Below, one piece after another: positions 12,561-24,700 of a stretch of DNA of 43,448 nucleotides (its first letter is position 1; each line of letters begins with the position of its first letter). Below the pieces are notes generated by a model, which ran no database searches, was not told the DNA's origin, and was given only the letters and a program-made list of their open reading frames with translations. The stretch comes from Trichoplax sp. H2 (Eukaryota), in the NCBI GenBank assembly GCA_003344405.1, contig NOWV01000122.1, forward strand, positions 186,001 through 229,448. Reading direction: 5' to 3'. The translations under genes and the position numbers were made by a program.

Positions 12561-13846
12561 TTTTGAATAGAATGAGCCTGCAGTGAATGGATTTATAATC
12601 TACCAGGTTTACTCTCTACTAACTCGAAATGTGAGTTATAAAAATTTTGTAAAACTCTCGTAAGGCATAATTACTGACTATTCTACTTCCTAGTGCTACT
12701 ATACTTTATGCTACTGTCGTAGCTAGCTGAAATTTCTACAAAGCTTCTAGACGAATATTCACTAAATACAATTATCAATTCTTCTCATTATATGTCCCAT
12801 TTATCTTCCATTTCGTATTGATAATTCACTTTATTGAAAATGATGCTAATAAATAGATGATTTATTAGTTAAAAATATAGTAAAACTAAATAACTTATTA
12901 AGAATAGTGTTAAAAACCACCCGGTAGGATATAATATTTCATCTATAAAACGAGAGAAAGATAAGTGGAAATAATTACGTATTCGTTTAATCATTACAAT
13001 CTTTAATATTTTGCTACAATTCAATTACCGCAGTATCCTAAGATGGAATTGACGATAGTTACAACAAAGATTTTAACTGAAGAGTTCCAAATCGGCTTAT
13101 ATAACTTATGTATATATTGATTAATATGTCTTAATTTGTCGCAATTTAAAGCTTAATAGTGAACTTGTCAATGAAATTTCAATTTAAATGATTATGATTA
13201 GTATCTACTTTCCTTAAGTGAAAGATAGATGGTAAATTATGTTAATAAAATTTAAAGAATAGTCTCAATGCAAAGAGACTAAGGATAGATAGAAATTTGA
13301 ATTTGCGAGATACGGTAACTAAAGTAGAGTTCTACCAATAACGCGAAGTATTTAATACTGAACTCAGCAAAAAAAACTTATAGTCCTTAATATGTTTAGA
13401 AAGATAGATAATATTTGGTGATAGATTAATTTTGCAAAACTTATACCATCATTCAATACTATTGCATCAAAATGTTTAAAATGCGGTACAGATATTTATT
13501 AACAAGGAGATGATAATCCAAAAAAGACTAGATAGCTCTAAAAAAGCAATAGTAAATTGAAAAGTATTTCACTAGTGCTTGTACTGCAATGGGCTATGAT
13601 CATCTGCTGTAGAATTATTCTATAATTGATTTTTATTTAAAGATTAAATTATGCGGCAGAGTTTATCAGATTAATAAATAATCTTCATCAGCAAATAAGA
13701 TAGTCTCTCAAAATTTAAATTTTCATAGCGATCTGCTAGGGTAAAAGTTCATTTTTACCACAAAATCACCACGAGACTATTTTCTTAGTAGTGAGATACA
13801 CGATGAAGTTAACTAAACATGATAAAAATTGATCTTTCTAACTATG

Positions 13847-14902
13847 TTAGGTATTTTGCTGGTAGTCATCGACCGTTATATGGATGCTTTTAGCGGTCGT
13901 ATTGCTGGTAGTTTTTGGATGAATACACTTACAATTAACTAACAGTTTAACAAATTCAGCACGATAGTACTGATTCGTGGAAGCGTAAATGAAGGGATTA
14001 ATACATGAATTAAGTAAGATTAACAATTTGGTGGCGAAATGGCCATCATTGCCAATAAAGGCAACACCTAAATTAGCTAAAGTAAAATAGATGACATTGG
14101 GTAGCCAACACAATAAAAATGCTAACGATGTAACAGCGCAAGTTAGCGTAATTCTATTTTTAACACGATAGGCTGCTGTCGCTTTTTTATCCATATGCTG
14201 TTGTAAATTGCGAATAGTTGATCGCATATAACGCCAAATATCGGTGTAGCATGTAATGACACATGTCATGGGGAATAAAAATCGAAAGCAGAATAGGACT
14301 AAATAGATTGCGGTATTAAATGCTTGCCCACCAGGTAACGGCTGCCAAATACACGGAGGATTCTCACTAGCAACGTAATGAGATTGAAATAAATTACCAA
14401 ATACTAAGAGTAAACCCCATATCCAAACACCTAGCACCGTCCATTTTGTTCGTTTCATTGTAAAATAGCGTGCATGTAAATTCATTTTAACTACAGCATA
14501 ACGCCTTTCAATGCTCAAAACACACAAGGTATACATGGAAATAAATCCAAAACCGAATGTAAATATCTCGGATCCGATAATCATGCAAAATAATTGACCG
14601 GCTAATCCTGGTGGTGGATGAACATAAGCTTCACGTATGATATGTTCTGGCGTCACAATAATAAATATACCCGTTAAGAAATCCACTAACGCTAAATTCC
14701 ATATTAATACGCCATGGGGGAAGTTGCGAAGTTTACGGCTATATAAGAATAGAATAAAGACCAACAAATTGCCAACGATACATAAAATGGCAATGAGAGA
14801 AAAACCAATCTGGGTGCCAATGCCACCATTATAACTGTGCCCACTGATATTCTCCTTTGGATCTTCCGCAGGGGAAGAATTAAAACTGATATTCATGGCC
14901 AT
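13847..14902 (-). CDS. Class A (rhodopsin-like) 7TM GPCR, orphan neuropeptide-receptor-like, 351 aa, intronless CDS
   Basis: Seven hydrophobic segments with class A motifs: GNLLV (TM1), NLALVD (TM2), Cys before TM3, SIERRY (DRY variant), VWIW (TM4), FLFP (TM5), FLLCWLP (TM6), NSCINPFIY (TM7) and helix 8 YRAEF. N-glycosylation sequons (NIS, NSS) in the N-terminus. Confidence 0.96.
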   Translation of the reverse strand: MAMNISFNSSPAEDPKENISGHSYNGGIGTQIGFSLIAILCIVGNLLVFILFLYSRKLRNFPHGVLIWNLALVDFLTGIFIIVTPEHIIREAYVHPPPGLAGQLFCMIIGSEIFTFGFGFISMYTLCVLSIERRYAVVKMNLHARYFTMKRTKWTVLGVWIWGLLLVFGNLFQSHYVASENPPCIWQPLPGGQAFNTAIYLVLFCFRFLFPMTCVITCYTDIWRYMRSTIRNLQQHMDKKATAAYRVKNRITLTCAVTSLAFLLCWLPNVIYFTLANLGVAFIGNDGHFATKLLILLNSCINPFIYASTNQYYRAEFVKLLVNCKCIHPKTTSNTTAKSIHITVDDYQQNT

Positions 14903-14914
14903 ACGATACTAATT

Positions 14915-14997
14915 CTAAATTAAAAAACAGGGTAAAAAAGTTCTTGGAGAAACCGTGGAAAGAGGAGTCCAGGAATTTGGATGGAAAAATGAAATAC
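14915..14997 (-). other. Probable 83-bp 5'UTR intron of the minus-strand GPCR
   Basis: The minus strand reads AAG|GTATTTC, then a pyrimidine-rich body, then TTTTTTAATTTAG|AATTAGTATCGT-ATG. The acceptor is 12 nt upstream of the ATG. Confidence 0.5.
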
Positions 14998-17900
14998 CTT
15001 ATTGATCAATATAACGAAAACGTAACTGAGGTAAATAAGCATTCTTAAAGTGTATTTATAGTTCATTTCCCTATTGCTAATCACGATATAGGTCTATTTG
15101 AATACTACGTCAATATTCAATGATGCTGAATTTCTTGATTAAAACTATTCTCATTTCTTGTAGAATAAAAAGCATTACTACTATTCAATAATCAAGCTGA
15201 ATTATTGCAGAAAGGTTACCAACAATAGAAATCAATAAAAGATTTCAAACTGGCCAATTAATATTTGATTTTTATTCTATCAGTTGCACCTGCCGCCTAG
15301 TATATAGCAATAGACGTAGCGTTTGTATACTGACCAATAATGAAATTTTAATATAATTATTACAATATAAAGAATTTGTTAGAAAAAATAATTGAAGCAA
15401 ATGTAATCGTCCATGTAAGATTTTATCCAACTATTAATACTGATTGACACGACAGAAACGATATCATTCATTACTATCCGTAGCATATTTTGCTATCTTA
15501 GTTACCTTGATCGACTCCTTATTCACGGTAGCGATATAGCTAATGATGAAAATTAGGCGAAAATATCGATTAATTCAAATACTGAGAGTCCAAAGGGTAT
15601 GGGCCATTGATAGCTGCTATGATTAATTATGATATTTGATTGAAAGGGATTGATTAAGGGAACAAAACGAGTTTTAAGCTTTTTTTGATTGTTGCACATC
15701 GAATTAATTGTAAGAAGAATATTTATCGTAAGAATAAGAAAATATGAGATAGAAGAAAGCTTAATAGAAAATCTGTTGTTTTGACTAGCATAGTTCAAGT
15801 CCATTATTGTGTTGATATCATGATTTACTTCACAAATACAATGAAGATATTTTCTAACTTTGATTGAATGAAATCAATAAACTTACGTACATATTGACAT
15901 TTCTACAGGCGTTCAAATCATGACTGACGGCTACTATGGAGTTGAAAGCTAAATTTCAGTATTTTTCGCCATTTCAAAATCTTAAGGAAATAATCCCGCT
16001 AATTAAATAAATGTTGACGTCTATAATTAAAATGAAATCATATTTTTATTCTTATCGGCTGCTTTCTACATTTCCCATGAGAATGATGACAACCCATCTC
16101 TTATAAAATTTTTGTTAGATAACTTTTAATCCGTCCATGAAACTGTATTATACCGTACCTAAGTGGGCTTCAAAGCAATGAATTCAACTGAAATACTCCA
16201 CCTTCTAATGTTAACGATACGGAAGATTAAATGTCAAATGAATAATGATCATGCCAGTAAAAGGTTTATTAATCTGAATTTAATACTAAAAATACCATTA
16301 GTTATACAGCACTAATTACATATTTCAGTTACAAAGAGAAGCTCGTGTTGTTTTTGTTACTAATTACATCACTTAATCAATGGATAGACTACCCATTTAA
16401 GTCAATTTAAATTGGCGATCTATTAACTTACGTTTCATGCATATGATTATCAAAGCTAAGGTATCTTATGGTTAACATCTAGGTTGATATTGTCGCCAAA
16501 CAACTTATTTTAGGCAACCGTCCTCCTCCAAACCCCAGTCTAGAACTAAAATCAAGCCTAATCTTCAGCCCAATATTGAGTCTTGTAAGTATTTGAATAA
16601 CAGCTATTGAAATTTTATTACTGTTCTGATACCAGCAACATGTTTTGCTGATACTATAGGAACCAAAATAAACGCTGTGAAGCGCTCGCTAGTCCTTAAA
16701 AGATTGCAGTCATAGATCTTTATTAAATTTGATACAAATCAGCAATGTTGCTATAGATTAAATAAGATGCTAGGTTAATACCATTCGGCAAGTTGAGAAA
16801 GTCCCTCTAAAGTTTTCAAATTTCAAAATCGTTTTACCTAGTTTATTAAATTCTATCATAATAGAGAATATTTGATTGTTTCTATTTTCTAAACAATTTT
16901 TTATTTTTATCCCAGGCAGTAGGATGCTAATTTTAAGATTGTTAAGATTATACCTAATAAAATAGAAAAATTACTTATTTGGTAATATTTAAACTAGCAA
17001 CCGCTAGTTTATGGAGGTAGTAAGGCTCTTTATAAATGCTTCAGCATTGAATTAATTAATTAACTCTTAATCTCAAATACTGTATTTATATCACTCTTGT
17101 ATCACATGATTGAACAATTCTTCTATAGCAAGTAATACAATACTCCTCTAAAGGAGATCATTCCATAAAAAGCGACTTTCAGTAAAAGACGCAGAAATGC
17201 TATTAAGATTCGTAGAATAGTAAATACATAGAAAAATGAAATAAAAATTTTAAAAAGAATGTGAAATTTTATGAGAATTAACATGACTTTTATAATATCA
17301 ATAAAGAGTGCTAATCTGTACTTAACATGTATGTCTTAATAAAATTTTAAAAGGTGGACATGAATTATCTTTAAGGGCCGATAACGTTTTCAGGCGGAAA
17401 GAAATAATGCAATTATCGAGAAGGAAGTACAAATCATATGGACTGCTTAATTTAGAACTGTTTATATGACCGATTTATTCGGACTTTTGCGAATAATTTC
17501 TATGGTCTAAAGTAATGAATTGGCATGTAGTTTGGATAGCATACACCTGAATGTAATAGTAATACTACAGCATTAATGGTACAGGAGTTATGGCATGATC
17601 TAGTAATCACATTAACTACCAAACAGCAATCATTTTTTAATTTTATACCGATTCAGTTAGCAGACCCAGTTAGCTACCCTTCGAAATTTATTTATTATCG
17701 ACTTAACTATAAAAGTCATATTTAAATCCAATATGAATGGAAGGAAACGAATAGGTTAAATGACTAAGTGTCTAACAGACTTAGGAAATGCAAATTTAGT
17801 TTTAGTACCAAAACTTTCATGATTTTATTTTTAATCATTTACCATCACAAAAAATAGCTGTAATATAATAAAAATTAAGTCTAGTTATGAATAAATAATC

Positions 17901-20900
17901 CTTAATTATGAAACAAATGATCACAATTTTCACTAGATTGATATGTACCTAATTGCAAATTGACGACTTTTATAAGAACTAACATATGAACATAGGCTGT
18001 CAAATTTACATTTTATTGATTTTTGTATCCGTATATTGCAATTATACTTTATTAAATATCGCTAAAATAAAGTTAACACCCTGTATTATTAATTATCATA
18101 GCTTTCTAGAAGTTTCGTTTTAGGATTGGTATCAGCGACTACGATGTACTTCTCACATGAGGTTGATTTATTTATTTAGCTTAGCGGTAATTCTCTTATC
18201 GCCTTACTCAGTTATCATCTAGTAATAGATCTAAATCTGATTCATAACGGCTGAAGAGAACCTATCCCGTCAAAGTGAATTATTCTGCTACAAAGCAAAC
18301 ATTAAACTTAATATCTGCATACCATTGCCAAGCAATCTATTTCGTGCTAATCAATTATTTAGAACGTTTAAAAATATATTGCAATCTAATATTTCAAATG
18401 CCTTAAATGTGAAGTCTTAATAGCTTAAATTTTTATGTCTTCGCTACATTATATCATCTGAATAAAATTGATTAAGTTTTCTGTGATTGGTCTCTTACTT
18501 AAAAATAAAGCTAAGCTCTTGTTTCATCTGGAAAGAAAATGGTAATGACAATATGACTGGAAATATCATATCTGTATTAAGTAGTAATCATAAAATAATT
18601 TGTGAACCAAACATTCTGTGTAGTATAAAGAACTTAAAAATCAGTTCATTTTAGCACTTTATCTTCCTATCGATACACACATTCGTATTTATCTTACCAT
18701 ACATAACCATTAAATCGTATACATTAAATCGTATACTAAAGCTGTCTGATTTTTTTCTACAGAATTTAACGTCGAGGATAAATTTTTGTTAGACGTTTGT
18801 TTTTAAATTAACCAACTCTTTCCAATTACTGCGAATCATTTATCCAGATTGATTAAGAAACATTAATGTGAAGTAACTAGAGAGGAAGTAAAGAAACGAA
18901 AATTTATTAACTCCTGAGAATTTATCAACCTATTCCAAGAGTAAAAATTACAAATAGAAAAAATATACTAGTATAAAAATTTGCATCAAGTTTCCAGACA
19001 GATTCGATGCTTACATGGTACTAAAATAACAAGTAAATTAGCGATAAATAAGGCTAATTTGAGGAGGAAAGTTATGCATGTAAAAATTTTAGCTTATTGC
19101 GATAGTAAGATATACAGTCAAAATTTGCAGGCAATTATTGTGAAAATTTAAAGAAAATACAGATCGGCAAGTAGTCTTATGGTCGAATCTAGTTATTGAG
19201 CCTCTCTAATCTCACATTTGAAACTAAGTCTAATTTCTAAAGTAGAACATTTTTATTGGCTTTTAGAATCTCTTTATAATACCAAGTATTAAATAATAAT
19301 AATTAAAATATAGTAATCCAAAGAGTTTCATCAATCCATCAATATAATTGATTATGTAAAATTCAGATAGTTAATACCTTGAGATTCCTTTTAAATGTTA
19401 TGCAGCTAATAGAATTTTTCGGAAATGTATATCTAATACTAAATTTAATTATTATGAAAAAACACTATGGTAAATCTTTAAACGCAGTATTAAGATTTCT
19501 CCTAAAAACATCAATTTTCCGATAACTTACGAAAGGCGTACAAATAATTATTCTAATAGGTTACGAATCTATCACCTGATTTTTCAATTGTGTCTCAGCA
19601 ATTGGGCTCAGAATGATCGATAGGAGGGTTATCAGAAAAATCAAAGAAAGAATGCATATTAACGTGCAATAGATATTTTTAATTTACTTTACAGTAAAGT
19701 TCATATGTGGAAAAGCTATCAAAGCTAAACTGTGAGGATTTAGGTTCACTAAAGTTTCACTGCAATATTAATCAACGGCCGTTTCCTAGATGAAAGGCAT
19801 TGGCTTTCATAATCTACTTAAATTTTAGTATGATATTCTACAGTCACGTTATCTATAAGAAGTGATCGCCAAATTTTGCCTTATGACCGAATGTTTAAGT
19901 ATGTCAGGCAAAGTTTCATAAATTATTATGCCAAAAATGTGGTAAAATAATGATAGTCCTTAGTAGTAGTTAATTAAAAATTTAATCCCTGAAGGTTCAG
20001 ATGTAAGTAATGCAGCCAAATCAATTTTTGAGGGAACCAATACTATTAATACTATTGGAATCATAGCTATTGCTTTTAAAATTACAGATATTATGCTTGA
20101 TTACGGAAATGTCGATCTGTGATTACTCAAAGTAGCCGTTAATTTTATCATAGCAGCTAAGTCACAAAACCCATAATAAAATACAATGTGGGTTAATGCC
20201 ATCAGCGTTCGTTACCGGCATTGTCAATTTAATTGCAACAATAGAACTCAATAGATATTATATATTATCTACAGCCTATCTGCAACATCCTGTTGACGAC
20301 TTAAAAGAATTGGAATAATTGATTTAGTAAGCCATTAACGAATTACTTAAAAATGATCTACTAATAAATCCTGCTTCTAATAAAAATTTTATCGTAGCAA
20401 GACGAGGTACAATCTATATTATACAATAATATAAAAATGTTGGGAGTTTGGCTAAGCTAGTTGATTTTTGCAGAATATACTACGATGCAAAAGAATGATT
20501 TTATAATCGAATAGCTGGTAATTATTACAGTCTAGACCTGTTGTCAGTAAATTAAAGGATAGAAAATTTTGTTTTGGCTTAACTTTAAGTTATTCTTTAT
20601 GAAAAAATTTTATTTCACAGTAATTTATTGCGAATTAGGAATCGGTATTTATCAGCAACTGCTTGTGGGATAAGCTTTATTGCAACGGGATATTTACAAT
20701 GCTTAATTTTAAATTAGTTATACTGGAATATAATTCCAATTTAAAGATATCAATTCGATTAATTTTCACTAATATGTAATTATGTTATTACTTAAGGGAA
20801 ATAAATGCTTGTTACGATCCTGAAATAGCTAGTTCACGAACTCTCATTTGTACTTTATAGGAATCTTGAATCATAACCAGTAGCATTGATCAGTTTGTTA

Positions 20901-21351
20901 TGAATCGCTGTAATGTATGAGTATTTTCAGATACATCATGATCTTGTAAAGCAACGTAATATTGCGTATATATATTTATCTTGTGCTCACTGATTGCACT
21001 ATAAAATGTTGTAGCAAACATAGGATCAAGATGTAATGGAACTAATAATTAAAACATTAAATAAATGTTCTTAAAGGAATTATATATTGCCTCAAAAAGT
21101 GGTGGATATCAAATAGTGAAGACAAACTACACATAAACTCTAATTAAGGGGTTAAATTACTCTGTAATGATACCAAAGTAGAGAGGCAAATGAAATCTAG
21201 CTAACTGTAAGGTATTAAGAGAGGAGAATAGAAGTAAGTAGAGTGAACAGATTCAGTATAGGACATTGTTCTGCATAACCAAAATTATTTAAATGATCTA
21301 TAACATAATTGATGAATTGGGTTAGAATTTTACAGAATTTAAATATCCCAT

Positions 21352-21735
21352 TTTACGGAGTAACTTTTACGTAACTGTCGTAATATAAATTCCATAAGAT
21401 AATTTTTTTCTGGGAAAGTATTTGCATACCGCTATCTATGAGGTTTTACATATTTTCCATGGATAACTGTATAATTTTATAATATTTTCTATAAGCCATT
21501 AGTTATTATTTATATCGATTTAGTGTAAACTGACTTCACTTTTTCAATAGAGCTTGAGTTCAGTTATGTTAAAGAGAGACTAGTGGTATTTACTGTTCCT
21601 CCAGACGATATGAGATCGCCAGTATCTAGAGTTGTACAGTAGACTAACTTCATGAGGATAAACCGACAGTAGACTCATATTGCAATTTCTATAATAGTTT
21701 TAATTTTTCCACGTTATAAATTTCAATTTGTAACA
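21352..21735 (+). mobile_element. Solo-LTR-like insertion, family B copy 2 (about 384 bp)
   Basis: Direct homolog of 943-1322. Ends TTGTAACA. TSD CCCAT / CCCTT (4 of 5). Terminal hairpin GTTATAAAT-ttca-ATTTGTAAC at 21713-21734. Confidence 0.85.
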
Positions 21736-24700
21736 CCCTTTAAGTAACTTTACCTTATATTTAATACCCCAGTTTTTAATACTAATGTTTGAAGATTACT
21801 TTATTAGTTGACAATTTTCTAAATATTTGCTATAGTAATTTCCGTTTATAGCTAATAAGATTAAATGTTGATGTCTAATTATACAATACCCAGCATTCTC
21901 AGCCTCGGATTCTTCGTAAAAATTTTCAAACTATAAGCGACTGCTTACCATTATTACGATAATATATATATTTATTATTCTAAGTATGCTTTGAATGAAT
22001 ATTTTCATATTGATATTTGACCATAAAATAGAAGTCAGTTAGATAAACGCAGCAGATTTCTCCGATATTTGTTGTTTTCGGGTTAAGATCTGTAGTAAAT
22101 ACTTATTCCATGCTGTAATACAGCATGTTATCTACGCTGCTGTTAATATAAGTTCCACTAAATAGACGAAATTTTTAATGCATGAGTCAAAGTTTATAAC
22201 GATATAAGGATTTTGTAAAATTTGCTTAGAAGATTGAAGCCAGATACGGTTATTATCACTAATAGCTTTTCGCCGTATCACTGTCTATCTTGCTATTTTA
22301 GACTTTTGAGCAGGGTTATCAAACTCATTTTAGCAGTTTAAAGTATTTCACCATTTATTAGAATGAGCTACAACACTAGCATTTGTTAGTATCGGCTATG
22401 ATGATCAATTATTTACGGCTGTAATAGTCTCAGCTAATTGCAGTAGTATTGTATGTGGCTAATAGGATAAAATGGCGCACTTGTACTGTTTATGGCATGA
22501 AACTGGGATTCATAAGTTTAGTCCGTATCTGAAAAATAAATCTAGTAATAGCAGGAAACTATTACACGGTCATTACAATAGCATACCGTTAAAGTGTTAT
22601 ATAATTGAGTTCTCGAAAATGATAGACACGTATAGAGTCGTAAAATTTCATTTTTAAGAACTTTATTCGGGCAGCAATAAACGGAAGCGTCTAAATACAG
22701 GCCGATTTAAAACTTTTGACTAAATCTACTATAATATCCGGTCGTGTCTTTGATAATTAAGAAGGATCATGATGCACTACTGCAATTGTAAGGAAGAAAA
22801 TCATACTATAAATGCTATGAGATCTGAAGTGTAGCGAATGATTACTTTTGTGATGGGAAGCATATGATACAATCATTAGAATTATATGGGAGCTAAGTGG
22901 GTTTGAAACTAGGAGTCTTTATGTAGCAGCAAGGTGTAAAATATTGGCGATGCAAAAGTTTCAATTGTATTGAATTTATTCCTATACCACCTTAATACAG
23001 TATTCGATTTATCCAATTAAAAGGTTTGTAGCCTTAAAAGAATCACCTACAGAACTTGCATTAGCAGTTTTCAAAGTTATTTTTATCAAACGCTTTTATA
23101 ACATCTTTAATCCCACGAATGGCACTCTTTAATAAATAATTTTATTTTTATTGTTTAACGTTTATGTACTCGTATGGCTATTACCAACCATAATTTAATA
23201 ATCGTAGATATCTTAAGACAATAGATTGCACAAATAATAACTTTGCATAGTCATCCAGGGGTTGCAAATTTTTGCATTCTTAGAAGGGTAAAGGTAAGAC
23301 CACAACATCTTTATTTTTAAATTTGACAAATTGTGCAAGTGGTTGTATTTCAATGTAGTGATGGAGGGTTCGATGAGTCAGTGTTAGCGGATTTATTTGC
23401 CATGTGGAGGAATATGCAAGGCTTTTAGTAGATAAGGGATATTTTATTGTAGATTATAATTACATACAATGTAGTAGATACGACGAGCAGCATGTAAGCT
23501 GTCGTAAAGTTAGGCAAGGAAATACTAACATTGCGCTCATTGCAAGTGACAATAGCTGAGACAGAAATCATCATTATTCATAGCTTTAAGATAGAACACA
23601 TGCAGAAACAAAACTGTAGAATTAAATTCAACATTCATCTAACTGTCTACATAGATATTACGTGCAATAGTTTGTAAGCGGTTCCGGACACTGTTAGTGA
23701 TATAATAAATATAGATAACGATCCATATTTATAGAAAGGATGTGAGATTGTAAGTAGTATCTCTACATTTGAGAATTTGATAGCATCATGAAATCATGGT
23801 ATGATCATAATAAATTAAAAATATAGAGTATGACACCATAGCTAACTTTTTTGGGGCTTAGAAAGCGAATGAGGTGTTATTCAAATGAACAAGTTAGAGA
23901 TTCTATATTTACAAAAAATATTTAAATCAACATGATCTTAGTTACTATGATAAGGATTTGAAAAGTTTTGGAAATTTAAGCTGACATTTCCTAATAAAAT
24001 TACGAACTACATACTCTCAGTCAAGATCCCGAGCAAACTGTTTCCTATCCATTTCAGCAGATACAGTCTTATATTTTGCCAGATTAATTTAGTAATGGCA
24101 TAAACTTTCTATTACATAACTATATAGAAAAAAGGTTATTTGACTATCCATAGATGATAATAAAGTATTAGCTATTAGCCGTTATATCACGTGTTAATGA
24201 TGATTTACGTAATGTATTTAGTTATTGGTACACCCTTAAGGTGATACTGCGATAGAATTTATCCATCCAAGCAACTACTGCCTTTTTGTATGATTTGACG
24301 AAGAAATATACGGATTAGATGTCTGGAGTTCGAGTTATCCAATCTTCCTTTAGAATTATCAAGCATCAGATACTAAATCGACCTCTTTGTTGGAAGTAAA
24401 AAGCGCCGAAGGGAGCCTATCCTTAGCAATTAGCTCTTAAATCGTATCCAATATCTCGTAATAACAGACTATTTTTAAATATTTCTATCAAAAATGGAGT
24501 AGCCTGATATCAATAGCTTTGGAATGTGTTTATCGATTAGTTCAGTGGGGCAATAATATAGGCATTTGTTGCCATTCTATGTAAGGTACGGCCCCCAAAA
24601 TTAAAAAATAATAATTATTTGTATTACAAAAATAATTTGACAAATCTTAATAGTACTGACTGTGTTGTTAGCAAACGCGTCCCAGAATAATTGTATATAA

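Noticed and set aside
13847-14902. Opsin identity for the minus-strand GPCR (Lys in TM7)
   Set aside because: The Lys is at 7.39. The retinal-binding position 7.43 is Leu.
943-21735. Family B copies as the two LTRs of one 21-kb retroelement
   Set aside because: Each copy has its own TSD and they are strongly diverged. There is no PBS, PPT or gag-pol, and a host GPCR lies between them.
22109-22127. Perfect small palindromes (CATGCTGTA-A-TACAGCATG; also 37035-37050 and 4281-4298)
   Set aside because: Stems of 7-9 bp are expected occasionally in 43 kb of AT-rich DNA, and there is no supporting context.
23256-23280. CAGGGGTTGC hAT-like terminus
   Set aside because: No matching inverted end or 8-bp TSD was found.
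24309-24353. YGLDVWSS peptide reminiscent of the non-LTR RT C-terminal motif
   Set aside because: Bounded by stops, with no other RT motifs nearby.
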